Shown here: positions 1 to 13,331 of the stretch, piece after piece
How positions within the stretch are numbered: the stretch's first letter is position 1
Layout: each line of letters starts with the position of its first letter
From: Epiperipatus broadwayi
Lineage: Eukaryota; Animalia; Onychophora
Direction of reading: 5' to 3'
Assembly (NCBI GenBank): GCA_028023455.1
Contig: JAQFVV010000005.1
Coordinates: 16,678,001-16,742,000, forward strand
Length of the DNA: 64,000 nt
Program-made: the position numbers and the translations under genes
Notes under the pieces: generated by a model
What the model was told of the DNA's origin: nothing
Databases searched by the model: none
What the model saw: the letters and a program-made list of their open reading frames with translations, nothing else

Positions 1-384
1 TTATAGAATCATGTGATAGTTTTCCTTTCCCATGCTTGCTGTAATTGTTTATTGTTGCATAGTGTATATCAAAGTAATATTATTAAGATAAATATTTATT
101 GGAATTATCTGTTCATTTTCAAACCTGGTTGCTTAGCAATATGCTTGACATTAGATCATTATTCTTTGTTTTATCTATGGTCACATCACAATGTGAGTTA
201 GTTAATGGCCTTTGTGGCTAGTCATATTATATATGTGTGTGTGTTTGTGTGAGTGTATTTATTTTCTTAATGTTTAATCTAAAAAGTATCTCTTTTTTTA
301 AAAAAATAATTTACTTAATGTGATGTTTTGCATATATATATATTGTAGATATATATATATAGTATTCATATCATTTAAAAAAAA

Positions 385-422
<38 letters not shown>

Positions 423-1127
423 AAATTTTTAAAAAATATTTTCTATATTACACTGGAATAACAGTAAGGATTAAATAATTTTGAATTAAAAAAAATATTA
501 TAAATTAAACATTTAAAAAGGTCTAATTAATATTTTATTAATTCTGATTTTGGAATTAAAGCAATCATGTTTTTATTTTACAGTAGATACACTGGTAATT
601 ATAAAAATTCCACTATTTTGATTAAAAATCCTACAAAGTTGTTATTAAAAAAATTAAAATAAATTGAAAAAAGTCATTAACTTTTTTCAATCAAGATAAA
701 GAAAACGTATTCTTAATTACTGTGTTTTTTAAATTTGACACTGATTATAAAAAGTTTAAAAGAACGATTATGACAACAAGATTACTTCTGCTATGAAGTT
801 ATTACTAAAGATACAGAATACAGGAGCTGCTGCTTCTAGTGCAATAATAGAGGAGTTTTGATTCGCATGAAGGCTAAGACAAGTTTTTCTGTGGTTCTTT
901 AGCCCATATATATTGTGTACTAGCCAGTATGTCTGAAGTCTATCTGATTCTAGACTGACTGCATATATGCCAACAGTTACTGAATTATGCCTTTCCCAAA
1001 AATGACAATAAGCCAGTCTATTGCTTTAGAAGGGAGTAGCTTACCCAGACATTTCATCAGATTGCCAAAGTAGTTTATATGTAAACTATTTTATCTATAT
1101 GCTGAAAAGCACAGATAAAAGTACTGC

Positions 1128-1197
1128 ATCATATATATATATAAAGTACAGCTGGTAAGAAGATCATATATATATATAAAGTACAGCTGGTAAGAAG
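1128..1197. repeat. Tandem duplication, 2 x 35 bp
   Basis: ATCATATATATATATAAAGTACAGCTGGTAAGAAG at 1128-1162 and 1163-1197. Confidence 0.9.
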
Positions 1198-1576
1198 AGT
1201 ATTATATATATTGTAACGATATATAGATATGTCGTTACATTAATTTAAAATAAAAACTTAAAAGTTCGCAAATAAAAGTAAAAAACTAAATGCTAAAATT
1301 AAAAATGTTTGTTATACGTATATACATTCGCACAGATGCTAAACTTTAAAAATATTTTTTTTAATAAATAAAAAAAGGTATTTGAATGTATTTTTTATAA
1401 AAAAAGATTTATAAAAGTATTTTAATAAAAAAATAACGTAAGTTAAAATAAAAACAGGTATTAATTAATTCCTGTAATCTATAAATGGAAATGATTGTTT
1501 ATTAATTATCTAAAAGCTGTTTAATTAAAAAGTCAGATGGAAAGTTAGATAAGAGAAGAAAGGGATTTTAGCTTGA

Positions 1577-1728
1577 CCAATGGAAGCCAAATAAAGGCCC
1601 GGACCATAGCGAAAAAACAGAACAGTGACGTTTTTGTTCATGGAATCCATAGGAGGACTATAAAAAGAAAAAAATATTGAGTTCCAGTCAGAGAGTTTTT
1701 CCAACTTGATTTGATGATAACGGTAAGA
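1577..1728 (+). promoter_or_regulatory. Putative Pol II core promoter and short non-coding first exon
   Basis: CCAAT at 1577, TGACGT at 1626, TATAAAA at 1659, Inr-like CCAGTC about 27 bp downstream, donor-like GTAAGA at 1723; lies in a CpG-retaining patch. Confidence 0.3.
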
Positions 1729-2569
1729 CGCACTTGCCGTTCTCTCTCATTTTTTTTTTTGTTTGTTTTAAAAAATAAAAATAAAATGAAAAGACTGTGA
1801 TACCAGAATGGAACCAGCTAATGCTACCTCCAGAACATTTTCTTCCAATGGAGACGCCGTGGGAATTGCCAACGGGAACATGGACTATATGAAATGAACA
1901 ATTATTAAAATCAATTAAGAACTTTCGTCAAGTTTTATAAATTGATAAACAAGCCAACTTAAAAGTTAAATGGACTCTTATCTGACTTTTGTAAGTTTTT
2001 TAAATCAAATTAATAATGTTTAATTTTAATGTTTTCCGATTGATAAACATCATTTCAATTTTTTTTTTCTTATTGTAAAGATTAGTTAAATGTATGAAAT
2101 TTAAGTTGTTTATAGACGCTTGCATGGATTCGTTTGCGGTTAATTATATTTTGGTTTTCATATTTGATCAAAATATATAGACATTCGATAAATAATGATA
2201 CCTTACGGTGAGAATCTAAAATGTATTTATTCGGATGTCTTTTAAGTTATTGGTGACAACGCAAGTATCTTATGATGAATACTATTGGGTTACTTATAAG
2301 TTTCCCTCTGCGATTGTCGGTATCAATAATTTTGTATTTTGATCGTTTATGTTTATTTTGAAATGTTTTTGACCGTGGAATCTATGTAATCGATCTATAC
2401 CCAACATTTTTAAACAAATCTGTGCGAACGTATTTAAATGTTAAAATTAAGTCGGGCGTGAATGGCTATATAGTTTGTAAAGTTATATTAAGGGAGGGTA
2501 ATCTTAGGTTATTCATTTCGTAGTTGAATTGGTTCAATGGATTGGATATATTTCTGTAATTAGTAGATG

Positions 2570-2950
2570 TAGTATGAGGTCCACTACGGGCAGGATTATA
2601 GATATACGCCACACACCCTCTGTTTGCCTATGGATGGGTTTGTAAGTCGGCAGAAGACCACAGTCCATTCCTATGGAGTTTTTTGTTTATTGATCTACTT
2701 GCCAACAGATGTCACATTCCTGTTGGTGGAGAGTCAATCTCTTCTCTATTTCTACTTATTGTTCAGATGTACATTCCTGACAATATAGTATTTTGTGTTG
2801 TCGTATCATGCTACATTGAATACATGAATGTATCAGATGGATTGGTGCCAGTTGATTGCGAAATTTGTTGCCTAAGGTTAAATCAGGGAAGAATATTTTC
2901 TTTTCAAATGCAGACCTATGTAGTCCATTCATACTCGACCCTCTAAATAA
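2570..2950 (-). mobile_element. Highly degenerate Penelope-like GIY-YIG 3' remnant
   Basis: Minus strand gives ...CQECTSEQ*VEIEKRLTLHQQEC..., resembling the PLE CxxC-YIGE-RxxEH region, with stops and frameshifts. Confidence 0.4.
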
Positions 2951-5176
2951 ATAGTAAACTCATTATTTGCAATCTACTTAAATTTAGAATTAAAGATCAA
3001 TCTAAAATTATAAGCGTTAAATTTATTCCTCAAAATTTAAATATTATTTTATATATGCGTAAATAAATATTTTTATGTGTTAATTTCTGGCAGTGGCTTT
3101 TATTCTTTTATATTTAAGATATAAAATTAAGTTATATTTTTTTATCTCTGCGTCTCCGCTGAGCTAGTGACTTGGGCTAACTGTCGGAATATTTAAAGAA
3201 AGTGGAATCTTAACAGCGCGTATCTGCCTACTTTATAAATTTTTCTAGGCTCAAATGCCTAGATGGCGCCCTTTGTAGTGCAGATATTGTTTTTGTGGTT
3301 AGATTCGATCTTCACTTTCATTCCGATTGGTACAATATTGAGAACAATATTGTTTTAAATAATTTCTTGAAAATAATAGTTAGAATCTCTGATCTAAAAG
3401 TAAAACAAGTAAATAGTTTTTGCTTGAATTATATGTCTAAAAATAAAGGATTGATTCATAGACTATTTTGTTTTAAAATAAAACTAAGTGAACTCCAAAA
3501 ATCTTTCTAGATTGGGTAACAAAAAACTCACTGGAGCATTTTAAAAAATGTTTGTAATAAATTAAGAGTAACATGAAAAAAGAAATTTTTATGAAGGACT
3601 GTCAAATAAGTAATATATATTTTTAAAAAAAAAAAGTAAAAAGAAAACTTTTTTACCATTAGAAATAATGAATTAATTAATAACTTTGATTCATACTATC
3701 TATTTTTTTATATACACACATATGTGTGCATTTATGTATTATTAAAAATGATTTGAATTTTTTATAAATCTATGACAATTCAAACATGTTAATTGTTAAA
3801 TTATTATACAGCATATCTGAGTGCTTATATAAATATGTTTTATGTAAACCTTTTCACATATGTGTAAATCACAATGTGATAGCTTATTTCATTTTGTATT
3901 AGACAAAATCAGAATGCTGAATTCATATTTTAGCATACTCAGCAGACCTTAATTTCATTTTATTGTTTCTAACTAATAAATTTATATTTCATTGTTTAAA
4001 GTTATTCCATTGAATTTAATTAATTCTAGAATAGATTTAAAATATGTTTGTATTATATCTCTTGCTTTCAGTAACATTTATGGAGCTTTTGATCACTGCA
4101 CTGGATTCATGCATATTGGTATGTTATATTAAAGGGATTTATATTTAGTGTTTCTGGACATCCATTTGATAATGATTTCATTATTTCTTTAATGCTGGAT
4201 GTACATTTTATTTTATTTATTTAGAAATTATGTTTATGGTTGGCCAGTGCATTAATGGCATTAAGTGGCCAGAGCACTGATGATGATCAGCATGTTTTCG
4301 TATCCCAGCATTATTTTTTAATTGTTATATTCTTAAGAATTAGCATATAAGTTTGTGCATCCAAATTATTGTTTAAATAATCTGCCTCAAGCTGGCAAGG
4401 ATTAAATAATTAGTCTGGTCTATAGCAGACCCATTTTAAATCCAGCCACAAAATTGACTGTTGGATTTATTTTTATTATTGATCATTCCTGATGATGAAT
4501 TTCATATCACTCTGTAATGCTGGTGAACCTATAATTACTTACTTATATTTAGTTCTGTGTTAATCTCTCAGTCTTATGTCTCATACTTATAGTCATTCCT
4601 CATTATATTATTTGTAAATTTAAATTAGTTCATTAACTGAGGATGATGATGATTTTTCCAGCACCTGAAATTCATCAGTTTCTTTGTACCATTACAATAT
4701 ATTTTTAGATTTATATACTATAATATATGTTTTACTTAATAATGTTTACATAAACACAATTCATTTTATTGCAACAATTCTTCTGAGTCTTTGTATTATT
4801 ACCATTATTAAATCTACACAACATTTTTTCCACTAAAAATAATTTCTACTTCTGATCACTGTACTTAGTTTTACACATAATAATTTATTGTCTTCCTTTA
4901 TCAATACATTTTGAGTTCCTAAACTATTTCTATACCCTGAAGTATAATTTGAGGTAATCCCTTTTCTAGGAATGTATCAGATCTCTGAATGTGAGTTAGA
5001 CATATGCATTGCTGAACCAGAAGCTTAGATTCTTAAATATATTAATAGTTTAAACCTTATATATATATATGTGTGTGTGGGTGGGTATGCATGTAATTGA
5101 TTGGAAATTTATTCACTCTTTAAAAACAAATTACTTTTGCAATATTTAAGTATAGGTTTCTAATATGAATATTTGA

Positions 5177-5310
5177 TAGTCAAAGTCTCTAGTTCCCCTG
5201 ACAAAAATGTATCTAAAATACATACATACACACATACATATATATATAAGTCAAAGTCTCTAGTTCCCCTGACAAAAATGTATCTAAAATACATACATAC
5301 ACACACACAT
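5177..5310. repeat. Tandem duplication (about 70 bp) with CA/TA microsatellite
   Basis: AGTCAAAGTCTCTAGTTCCCCTGACAAAAATGTATCTAAAATACATACATACAC occurs twice in tandem. Confidence 0.9.
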
Positions 5311-6959
5311 ATATATATATATATACAATAAAATTATAAATATAATGGTAATTAACTATTATATACATTCTTTCAATCCACAGAAATACTTCTGTTATAT
5401 ATTTTTTTGAATTTAACAGCAGTTGAGGAAGATTAAAGAATTAACCAAAAGTACTTCTACAGATTGAAATTCTGTATATAATAGTTAATATACTGTTATA
5501 TTTAATTATTTTTTTTATTACAATAGTTTTTAATTAATAGATATTTTATTTGTAATATATATATAAAGAGATTAATGGTCAGAATTTTAGGTTGATGATG
5601 GTAAATAATTTTATAAGTTGACATACAATAAAAAGAGGCTAAATTTATGCTTTGATTTCATGTGTGTGTGCATGTATAAGTGCAGTGATAAAACAATATC
5701 CTATTAAAGGCAAAATCCTTTCCAACATTTCTTCATCAACTAGAAAATGACTTCTTATTCAGCAATGATTTTATGCCCTCCTCCTTGCCTTTTTTTTTTT
5801 GTTTTACATTACAGCAAAAAATTGTTAGATATTCTTTTGTTTTTGATTTGGCTATAGGTCTGCTATATTCCAAATTTGAATTCCAAGTTATGCAAATACA
5901 ATTTTATATACCCATATATTATATAATGATGTAACGGTGACAAATTTCTGCACTCACAACTATAACTTCATTTTTCCTAGATAAATATTTTAATAATTAT
6001 TGCTGACTTTTTTTAGGTTATTATATCATTTCTGGCCTAAATATATATTTTAAACTTTAATTAAAGATTAATATATCTAGTATTAGTAACCACAATCACA
6101 TGGAATAATTAATTTCACTCCATTAAACTTTTCCTTCCATAACATTTACTATTTTTCAGATGTTTTCATTTATGTGATTAAATACCAAAAAATTATAACC
6201 TTTCTCGATAAACAATTACGTACAAAGCACAAAACAAATACTAACAAAAAGCTTGTTTAATGCTTTAAAATATATGTGCTAGATACATTTAAATAGTATG
6301 TTGAATATGCTTTTGACTAACTGGTAGTTATAATCATAGCAATGAATGTCCAAGAAGGATATGAGAAATGAAAAATGAAAATGCAAAGTTAAAAAGACCT
6401 GGCATATTGCCAATAATATAAACACCATTAACAAGAAAGAATTCTGTATTCCCCTATCAAAAAAATGGATTATCTTAATAAATTTACTTACTATTCAAAT
6501 TTAAGTAAATCACCATCTTTGTAAAATGCTATTTCTACAAAGTTTTTAATCCTCTTGGGCAGTCATTGTTATGAGTATGGCTACCAATTAGTCGAAAGCA
6601 TGCTCAGCATACTATTTGGATATAACTAGCATCTATGTTTTCAAAGCATTTAAATAAGCTTTTCTTAGTACACACTTTGTATTTATAATTGTTTATTGAA
6701 TTATATTATTAAGGTACTTATATATGTAGATAAACTTTTCTTAAATGAATTGTAATTAAATTCTATGTGCTAGGAATGCAAAATAAAAAAGATTCAGTGT
6801 AGACATATATTAAATTGAGTTAAGCATTTTTGATATATTGGTTATGATACCACATTCATAGCAATGAATAGTGGACAGGAGAATAATGTATATAAACAAG
6901 ATGTAAATTTATGTAAATGTATCCAAATGAATTAGATAGCTCACTTTTTAGAAAAGGGG

Positions 6960-7420
6960 ATGCAGGATTCATTTTTATTTATGGAGTTCAAGTTATTGGT
7001 AATGCACCATAACTCCTTTATCTTGCATATGGAGTCATTCATTGTTCAATGCACATGATGCTTGATGATGTAGGATCAAATGTATGACTGAGTGTGTTTT
7101 GATATTCCAGAAATATGGATTTGCTTTGGCTCTTTTGTAATAGATATTCATGTTAGGACTATCTTGTTCCAAGGTTGGCATGTGACTCTCCATAGTAGAC
7201 TGCATTATAGCTGGCTTGAGTGTAGGCAATCTTATAAATGGAGTGGTGGGTATGTTCAATGGGAAGTTTATCTTTGGAGTTGTTGATTAACCTGTTTATA
7301 GAAGGTGGGGTACAGAAGCTGATTCTGTGTGACTCGAAGCTTATTTTATTTATGTTACTGTAGATTTTAGGGATATAAGGAGCAATATCAATGGGCGGGG
7401 AAGGGGGGTTGTTCCGATTT
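6960..7420 (-). mobile_element. Penelope-like element, GIY-YIG endonuclease remnant
   Basis: Minus frame APYIPKIYSNINKISFESHRISFCTPPSINRLINNSKDKLPIEHTHHSIYKIAYTQASYNAVYYGESHANLGTR*S*HEY...SHTFD, the PLE PY...KD...IYKI...YxGE...R..EH signature with stops. Confidence 0.8.
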
Positions 7421-8234
7421 TGTTGTATAATTTGTTGAAAATGTTAGTGACCTGTAATTGAACCCGATGAGACACAAATTATTAATGTATTTATCAACGT
7501 TGATCTTCTGGTCGCGATAAGAAATATTATATATATGTTTATTTCATGTTTAAAGAGGTTTATTTAAACTTCATTGTATCAATATTTCATACTCTGTAGT
7601 CAAGTTGCAATCTTTAAGTGTCCTAAAGGTGTGAAGGTTGCCTTGACAGCAGTGAGAAATATTGATTACTATATTTTACTGTGAATGTTTAGGTGGTTAC
7701 TGGTTGGAATCTAATTATATATATATTTGTAAATTCAATTTTCTGTTTATTTTTTTTTATACTGTACGTTCAAATTTGTATAGGACATAATAATTTAATT
7801 AGCATTTAAAATAATATTTTGTTTCAACATTATCACATCTTTATATACTTTGACTAAAGGATCTGCAAAAAATCAATGCACATAATTTTTATGAGAAGCG
7901 CAACTTTATAGTAATTAAAGTCTCTTTATATATGGTTAAATTAAATTAGTATCATGTGAATTTTAAATTTAGAAATGCACTATTTTACTAATTGTAGAAG
8001 TATAACATATCTAATGTTAATTATGGAAATATATATATATAAATTACAAGTTTGCTTTAAAGTTTCTTTAACGCAAAACACTTTTAAATAAGTAGTAATT
8101 GCGGTTTTTTTTTAATTCTAGAAGTAAAATAATTATCTTAATAACTTTAAAACAAAAAAAAAAAAATCAAGCAGAAACAAGAAATAAAACTGACGTTGCA
8201 ATTATTGTAAATTATATGCAGTATAATAATACCT

Positions 8235-8812
8235 TTGTCAGATTATTAAAACAAAAGGAAGCAAAATAGATGAAATTAATGATAGAATCAAACTTGAACG
8301 AAGTGCTTTTTGGTATAAATAACTTTTTTTTAAAAAAAAAAAAACGTATTTATGCATTTGAAAAGATTTTTAATAGATATGTTTTACCAGTTCTTATTAA
8401 TGGATTAAGATTTTGACATTTAACAAAGAGCAATATAAAGACTTCATATCATTCAATGTAGCATGGAGAAATTAGATTGGAAGTGACAAGAAGAAATTGA
8501 AAGTTAAATATTTGAATGAGAGAACAAATGACTATCGTTGACTTCATTGTAAGAATCAAGATACTGAAAGGATTGTGGGATGAGTATATTGCAAGAAGAA
8601 ATGATAATAGATAAACAGTTGAAGTCTTAAATTTAGATTCCCAAGAGTGTGTAAAAGACCAAGAAAGAGATGACGTATAAGATGGATAAATGAAATAATA
8701 AAGTTTTTTGAGGATGTGATTTTGAGAAAAGGGGTAATGAATTGAAAAACTAAATTAAATTTGAAGAGACATTCATCTTGCATTGTATCAATAATGATTG
8801 AAAGTGATGAGT
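8235..8812 (+). mobile_element. RTE LINE 3' fragment (decayed)
   Basis: RIKL...FNRYVLPVL and terminal EETFILH motifs, homologous to the intact fragment at 20285-20537. Confidence 0.8.
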
Positions 8813-10090
8813 ATGAATATGCTGTATTTATACTAAAACCTGAAATTTGTGACATGAACTCAAATTTCCATTATGGATATCAAAATTTGTGGATAATAGC
8901 AAATTTTGTGCAGTATATACTTTTAATGTATACACATCTGTTTAAGTCTGTGTACATATTGTATATACATATTGAAAACATGTATAGCATGTATGGAATG
9001 AAGGGTAATATGGGGTGATGGGAAGAGATAAATATGGGGATGTAGAGAATAATGGTAAGATGAGTTAGCATCATTATCCCCAATGAATAAATAAAATGAA
9101 TACCAAAACAATGAATTAACAAATGAGCATGAGCATGAGAGAATCAGCATAGAACAAAATATAACTAATTATTAATTATATACATCACACAGCATTAATC
9201 GAAACTACTCAACAATCAAAAGACATCCCTTGGGACTGAATTTAAGAGATTCAATAATTAATGTCAATTTTAGGTCATGTTAAACAACAATTATCTGGAT
9301 ACACATACTTAAGTGCTAAAATATTTATCATAAAAATAATGTTGGGATGCTGATACATGTTGATATCATCAATGCTCTGACCATATGGTACCATGAAGAT
9401 ACAGGCTCATTGTTAATTTCTAACCTAAAAAATAAAGTGTAGAGAATTGACTTTAAAGATGATATTTTTGCACTTTCCAGATAACTATCTGGAGGTCCAA
9501 ATACAAATATAAACCTTCCACATATAAATTAACTATTATTACTCTATAGATAGTTCCAATATCATAAAATGCTAAGGGCAATGACTGTGAACAAGGAAAA
9601 GTAAACATGTATAAGCTTAAGCTATTTTAATTTGAATAGTTTTAATGCAATAACTTAACAAATCCCTAAATCACTATGTCATCATCAAATCAAGTGACAT
9701 ACACTGCCAGTTCATAAAAACAGATATCTGGAGAAATAAAGACAGTGGGATTATAAAGCTCAAAATCCATGAAGCATAGTTCAGTTCTGTCACTTTTAGA
9801 TTCAAACTTTTTACAAACTATTGAGTGAATAACTATCTAATTAAATATTTATACATCAATCAAAATGTGCTAAATAATGATGGGTATCATATTATACTTC
9901 ATCATTATTTCTTATCCTACTCAAAGTAGATGTGTGATCTTTATCATCCAACTTTATCATTACTCTCTCCCTTTATTTTCCAAATCATTAATTAATGATT
10001 TTTTTTATTTTTCTCACTTCCAATTTCTTACTGCCTCCTTTAAAAAAATTATTTTCATCATCTCACTATTTTTTCATAAAACATTTGTAT

Positions 10091-10340
10091 GTAAATAAAT
10101 CATTTTTATGGCGCGATGTTTGTAAACTGTAATTTTTAATACAGCATTATGCTGTTGCACGTGCGCTTTGAAGATTTTTTAACTATAAATGAATGAATAC
10201 TAACACTCAACCACATGATAAAGTCTTTGGAAAAGATTATCTTTTCCAAAGACTTTATCATGTGGTTGAGTGTTAGTATTCATTCATTTATAGTTAAAAA
10301 ATCTTCAAAGCGCATGTGCAACAGCATAATGCTGTATTAA
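10091..10340. repeat. Insertion containing a 207 bp near-perfect palindrome (10135-10341), flanked by a 15 bp direct repeat
   Basis: 103 bp arms around a single unpaired T10238, one mismatch (G10161/T10315); ATAAAACATTTGTAT at 10076-10090 and 10341-10355; 44 nt unmirrored left tail. Confidence 0.95.
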
Positions 10341-10379
10341 ATAAAACATTTGTATAAAATTTAATTCTTATTTTTAAAG

Positions 10380-12370
10380 CATCACTTTTATTGCTTTGAT
10401 TCTTATCTTTATTTTCTCAATATATCTTTATTTTTATCATTTTTGTTCCAACTCACCTTTAATATTTGACTTCTTATATCTTTCATCTTTATCATTTAAA
10501 TTATTTTTATTATTTGTATTATCTTATTGTATTTTTTGTTTCAACCTCTTGATTATTTTCATGATTTAGATCATTTTTATCTTTTCACTTGTATCCTCTT
10601 TACTATTCTTTTCATCATATGCATTTCTTATATCAATTTATTTACACTTTAAATTCATTAATATTTAATATTAACATACCAGAATGAATTATTTTTAATA
10701 GAAAATTAACAAATAAATAATCAACTGATCTATTGTTCTGGGAGTTTATAAAAAGTTACACCCTGAAAGTACAGAAATTGGTTCTCTCATTCCAATATGT
10801 GTTAATCTATTGCCATGTCAAATTATGCAGGTTATTATCACTAATTGTAATATTTTATTTCAAGTTAAGAGATTTTACACAGAGTATTACTTAAAAAATT
10901 CTGTATTTAATTATATTACATATATTTGATTATAATTCTACATGTAATTATATGGTCTTTAAAATGTAAACATGACTCTAAACCATATACAAGAGATTAT
11001 ACTTATATTCAGTATGTGATGAATTTCAATTTATGATGTTGGAAATGAAAATGGTCATGTTGCAATTTTTAATGGTAGAATGAAAATAAGGATGGTTTTT
11101 AAAAACTAAAAAGTACATAATATATACTTATTTATATATCAACTTCTTTTCTCTTCCTTCATTATCTTTCTTATCATCAATTTCAGAATCAACAAATTCA
11201 CATAAAAAATTTCCATTATTTATTTTCAAGTTTATGCTATCTATCTCTTAAAAGTGTACGTCATAATATCATTATCTTTATTACAATCATCTTATTTTCA
11301 CCACCAGCATATATTATCAGTCACACTTTTTGCTTCATCTTTATAAATAAATTATATTTTTACTTTCACTTTTATGTTGTATTTATCACCAGCATCACTT
11401 TTAAACATTTTGATCTTTCTCAATACTTTTACCATTTATACCATCAGAAATGTTCTTATCTTCTTTGATAAATCTTTTTCTCAACTTTTATCATATTTAT
11501 ACTCATTGCTCTTCTCCTTTACTTACAAGCATTCTAACTATATCTTCAATACTATTGTTTACTATTATTCTTTATCATTATCAATACAATAAAACTCATA
11601 AAAGTGTGCTATTTTATTATTTTGTTCATTATCTTTATTGCTCTTTATCATCACAATCTTCCGTCATATTTTCACTCTCATCTTTATAAAGTTTGGTTAT
11701 AATCATCTTAATTATTTTTATTATTAAAATCTAATATTTTCCTATTATATTTCTCATTATTATTATTTTATAATAGCAAGAATTCTATTATTATTTTTTA
11801 AATCTGTTTTAGTTATCTATTTACATTTCTAATCAATGCCTTTTCTTATTCAAAATCAACATTCTGTTTATCTGTATCATCAAATATATTGTAATGGAAT
11901 AAATTGAATAACAGAGAGAGGGAGGTTTTATTTTTACAAATACTTTGGATGCCAAAATCTGTAATGGTATAAAATGGACAAATGGGACGTTTACTCTTAT
12001 ATACCCCACGAATTGGGAAAAGCTAAAATCTGTAACAGTATAAAATATACAACACGAAATATATATCAATGGACTAGCTGAAATTAATAGAGCTACTCAA
12101 ATCGAGCAAACCAAATCTATAACAATATAAATTTAAGCAATAATTCTATTCAAGCAAAGTAAGCTAAAATCTATTCTGGAATAAAGTTAAACTCTATTAA
12201 TAATATTTTTATATTAGATATATAATAACCTGACTGGATGACAAAATTGGAATACACAATTTAAAATAATTTATTTTAAAAATGATAATGAGATATATTA
12301 AGTAATAGTTTATATTGGGAGTCATTCATAAAATAACCCTTTTATTATTAAGTACTAAAATTTACAATAA
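10380..12370. mobile_element. Rearranged, decayed non-LTR (L1/Tx1-like ORF1?) debris
   Basis: Plus-strand ...YDVGNENGHVAIFNGRMKIRM near 11030-11100, flanked by minus-strand D/E/K/N-rich codon-like blocks. Confidence 0.3.
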
Positions 12371-13144
12371 TATTAAAGAATGAATAAAATAATTTAAGCT
12401 TGATGATTATATATATATAAAGTTTGATCAATAATTTGTCAACTAACTTAATATTTGAATAATACCAATTGAAGTTCATGAAAACATTAGATTCACTTCA
12501 CCTTTGTTGATTACTGAATTCTAATAAAGTAATAAAATCTGTATTATTTTGTTAATTTTTTTTTTTTTTTAATATTTATGATTGCACAGAAACTTTAAAT
12601 TATTATCGCTATGTCATCTATCTATCAAATCAAATAAAACTTATTAACTCAAATTTAATAAATAACAATAATTTTATTTACAAAATATATAATAAGACAT
12701 TAATTAATATATTTTGAATATTTTGAATTAAGGCATTATAAAATGTTCGATTTGTTTTGACTGTAATATGAGGCTAAAACATGGCGCATTTTTGACCACA
12801 AAAAAAAATATTTATTTATTTGTTGTCTCCAATAGACAATCATTTACTGATCATCTATAAATGACAAGTTATTAAATAATATTTATTGTAAGTGTTTAAA
12901 TTTAAACTTAGAGTTAGTTACTAAAAACATTTTTTTAGTTAATTATATATCTATATGTCTACTTACACACACATATTGAGCAGTCAGTTTTATCCATCTG
13001 CCTGTTCCACATATTTACCGCGCATCTATCTCTATGCCAAGTTTAAACCCTCTCAGGATACCCATTTAAACAACCTTAAATTACTATATATGCAAAATCA
13101 CGTATATATATGCGAACGGTAAGTCTGTAATTTAATAGTATAGA

Positions 13145-13331
13145 TATATATTACAGATATGTATCCATTTTATAAATATTTCTAGTTTAAGAAATATTTT
13201 AGTTTAAATTATTTAACAAATTTTATTGTTATGTTATTGGTATATATTACAGATATGTATCCATTTTATAAATATTTGTAGTTTAAGAAATATTTTAGTT
13301 TAAATTATTTAGCCAATTTTATTGTTATATT
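13145..13331. repeat. Tandem duplication, 2 x 96 bp
   Basis: TATATATTACAGATATGTATCCATTTTATAAATATTT... begins at 13145 and at 13241. Confidence 0.9.

Noticed and set aside
1212-1239. TGTAACGA…TCGTTACA mini inverted repeat as an LTR relic
   Set aside because: Only 28 bp, no TSD or internal features
10205-10240. Hammerhead at the centre of the 207 bp palindrome (CACATGATAA-AGTCTTT/AAAGATT)
   Set aside because: Core CTGATGA is doubly altered and GAAA is missing; only a stem II-like hairpin remains
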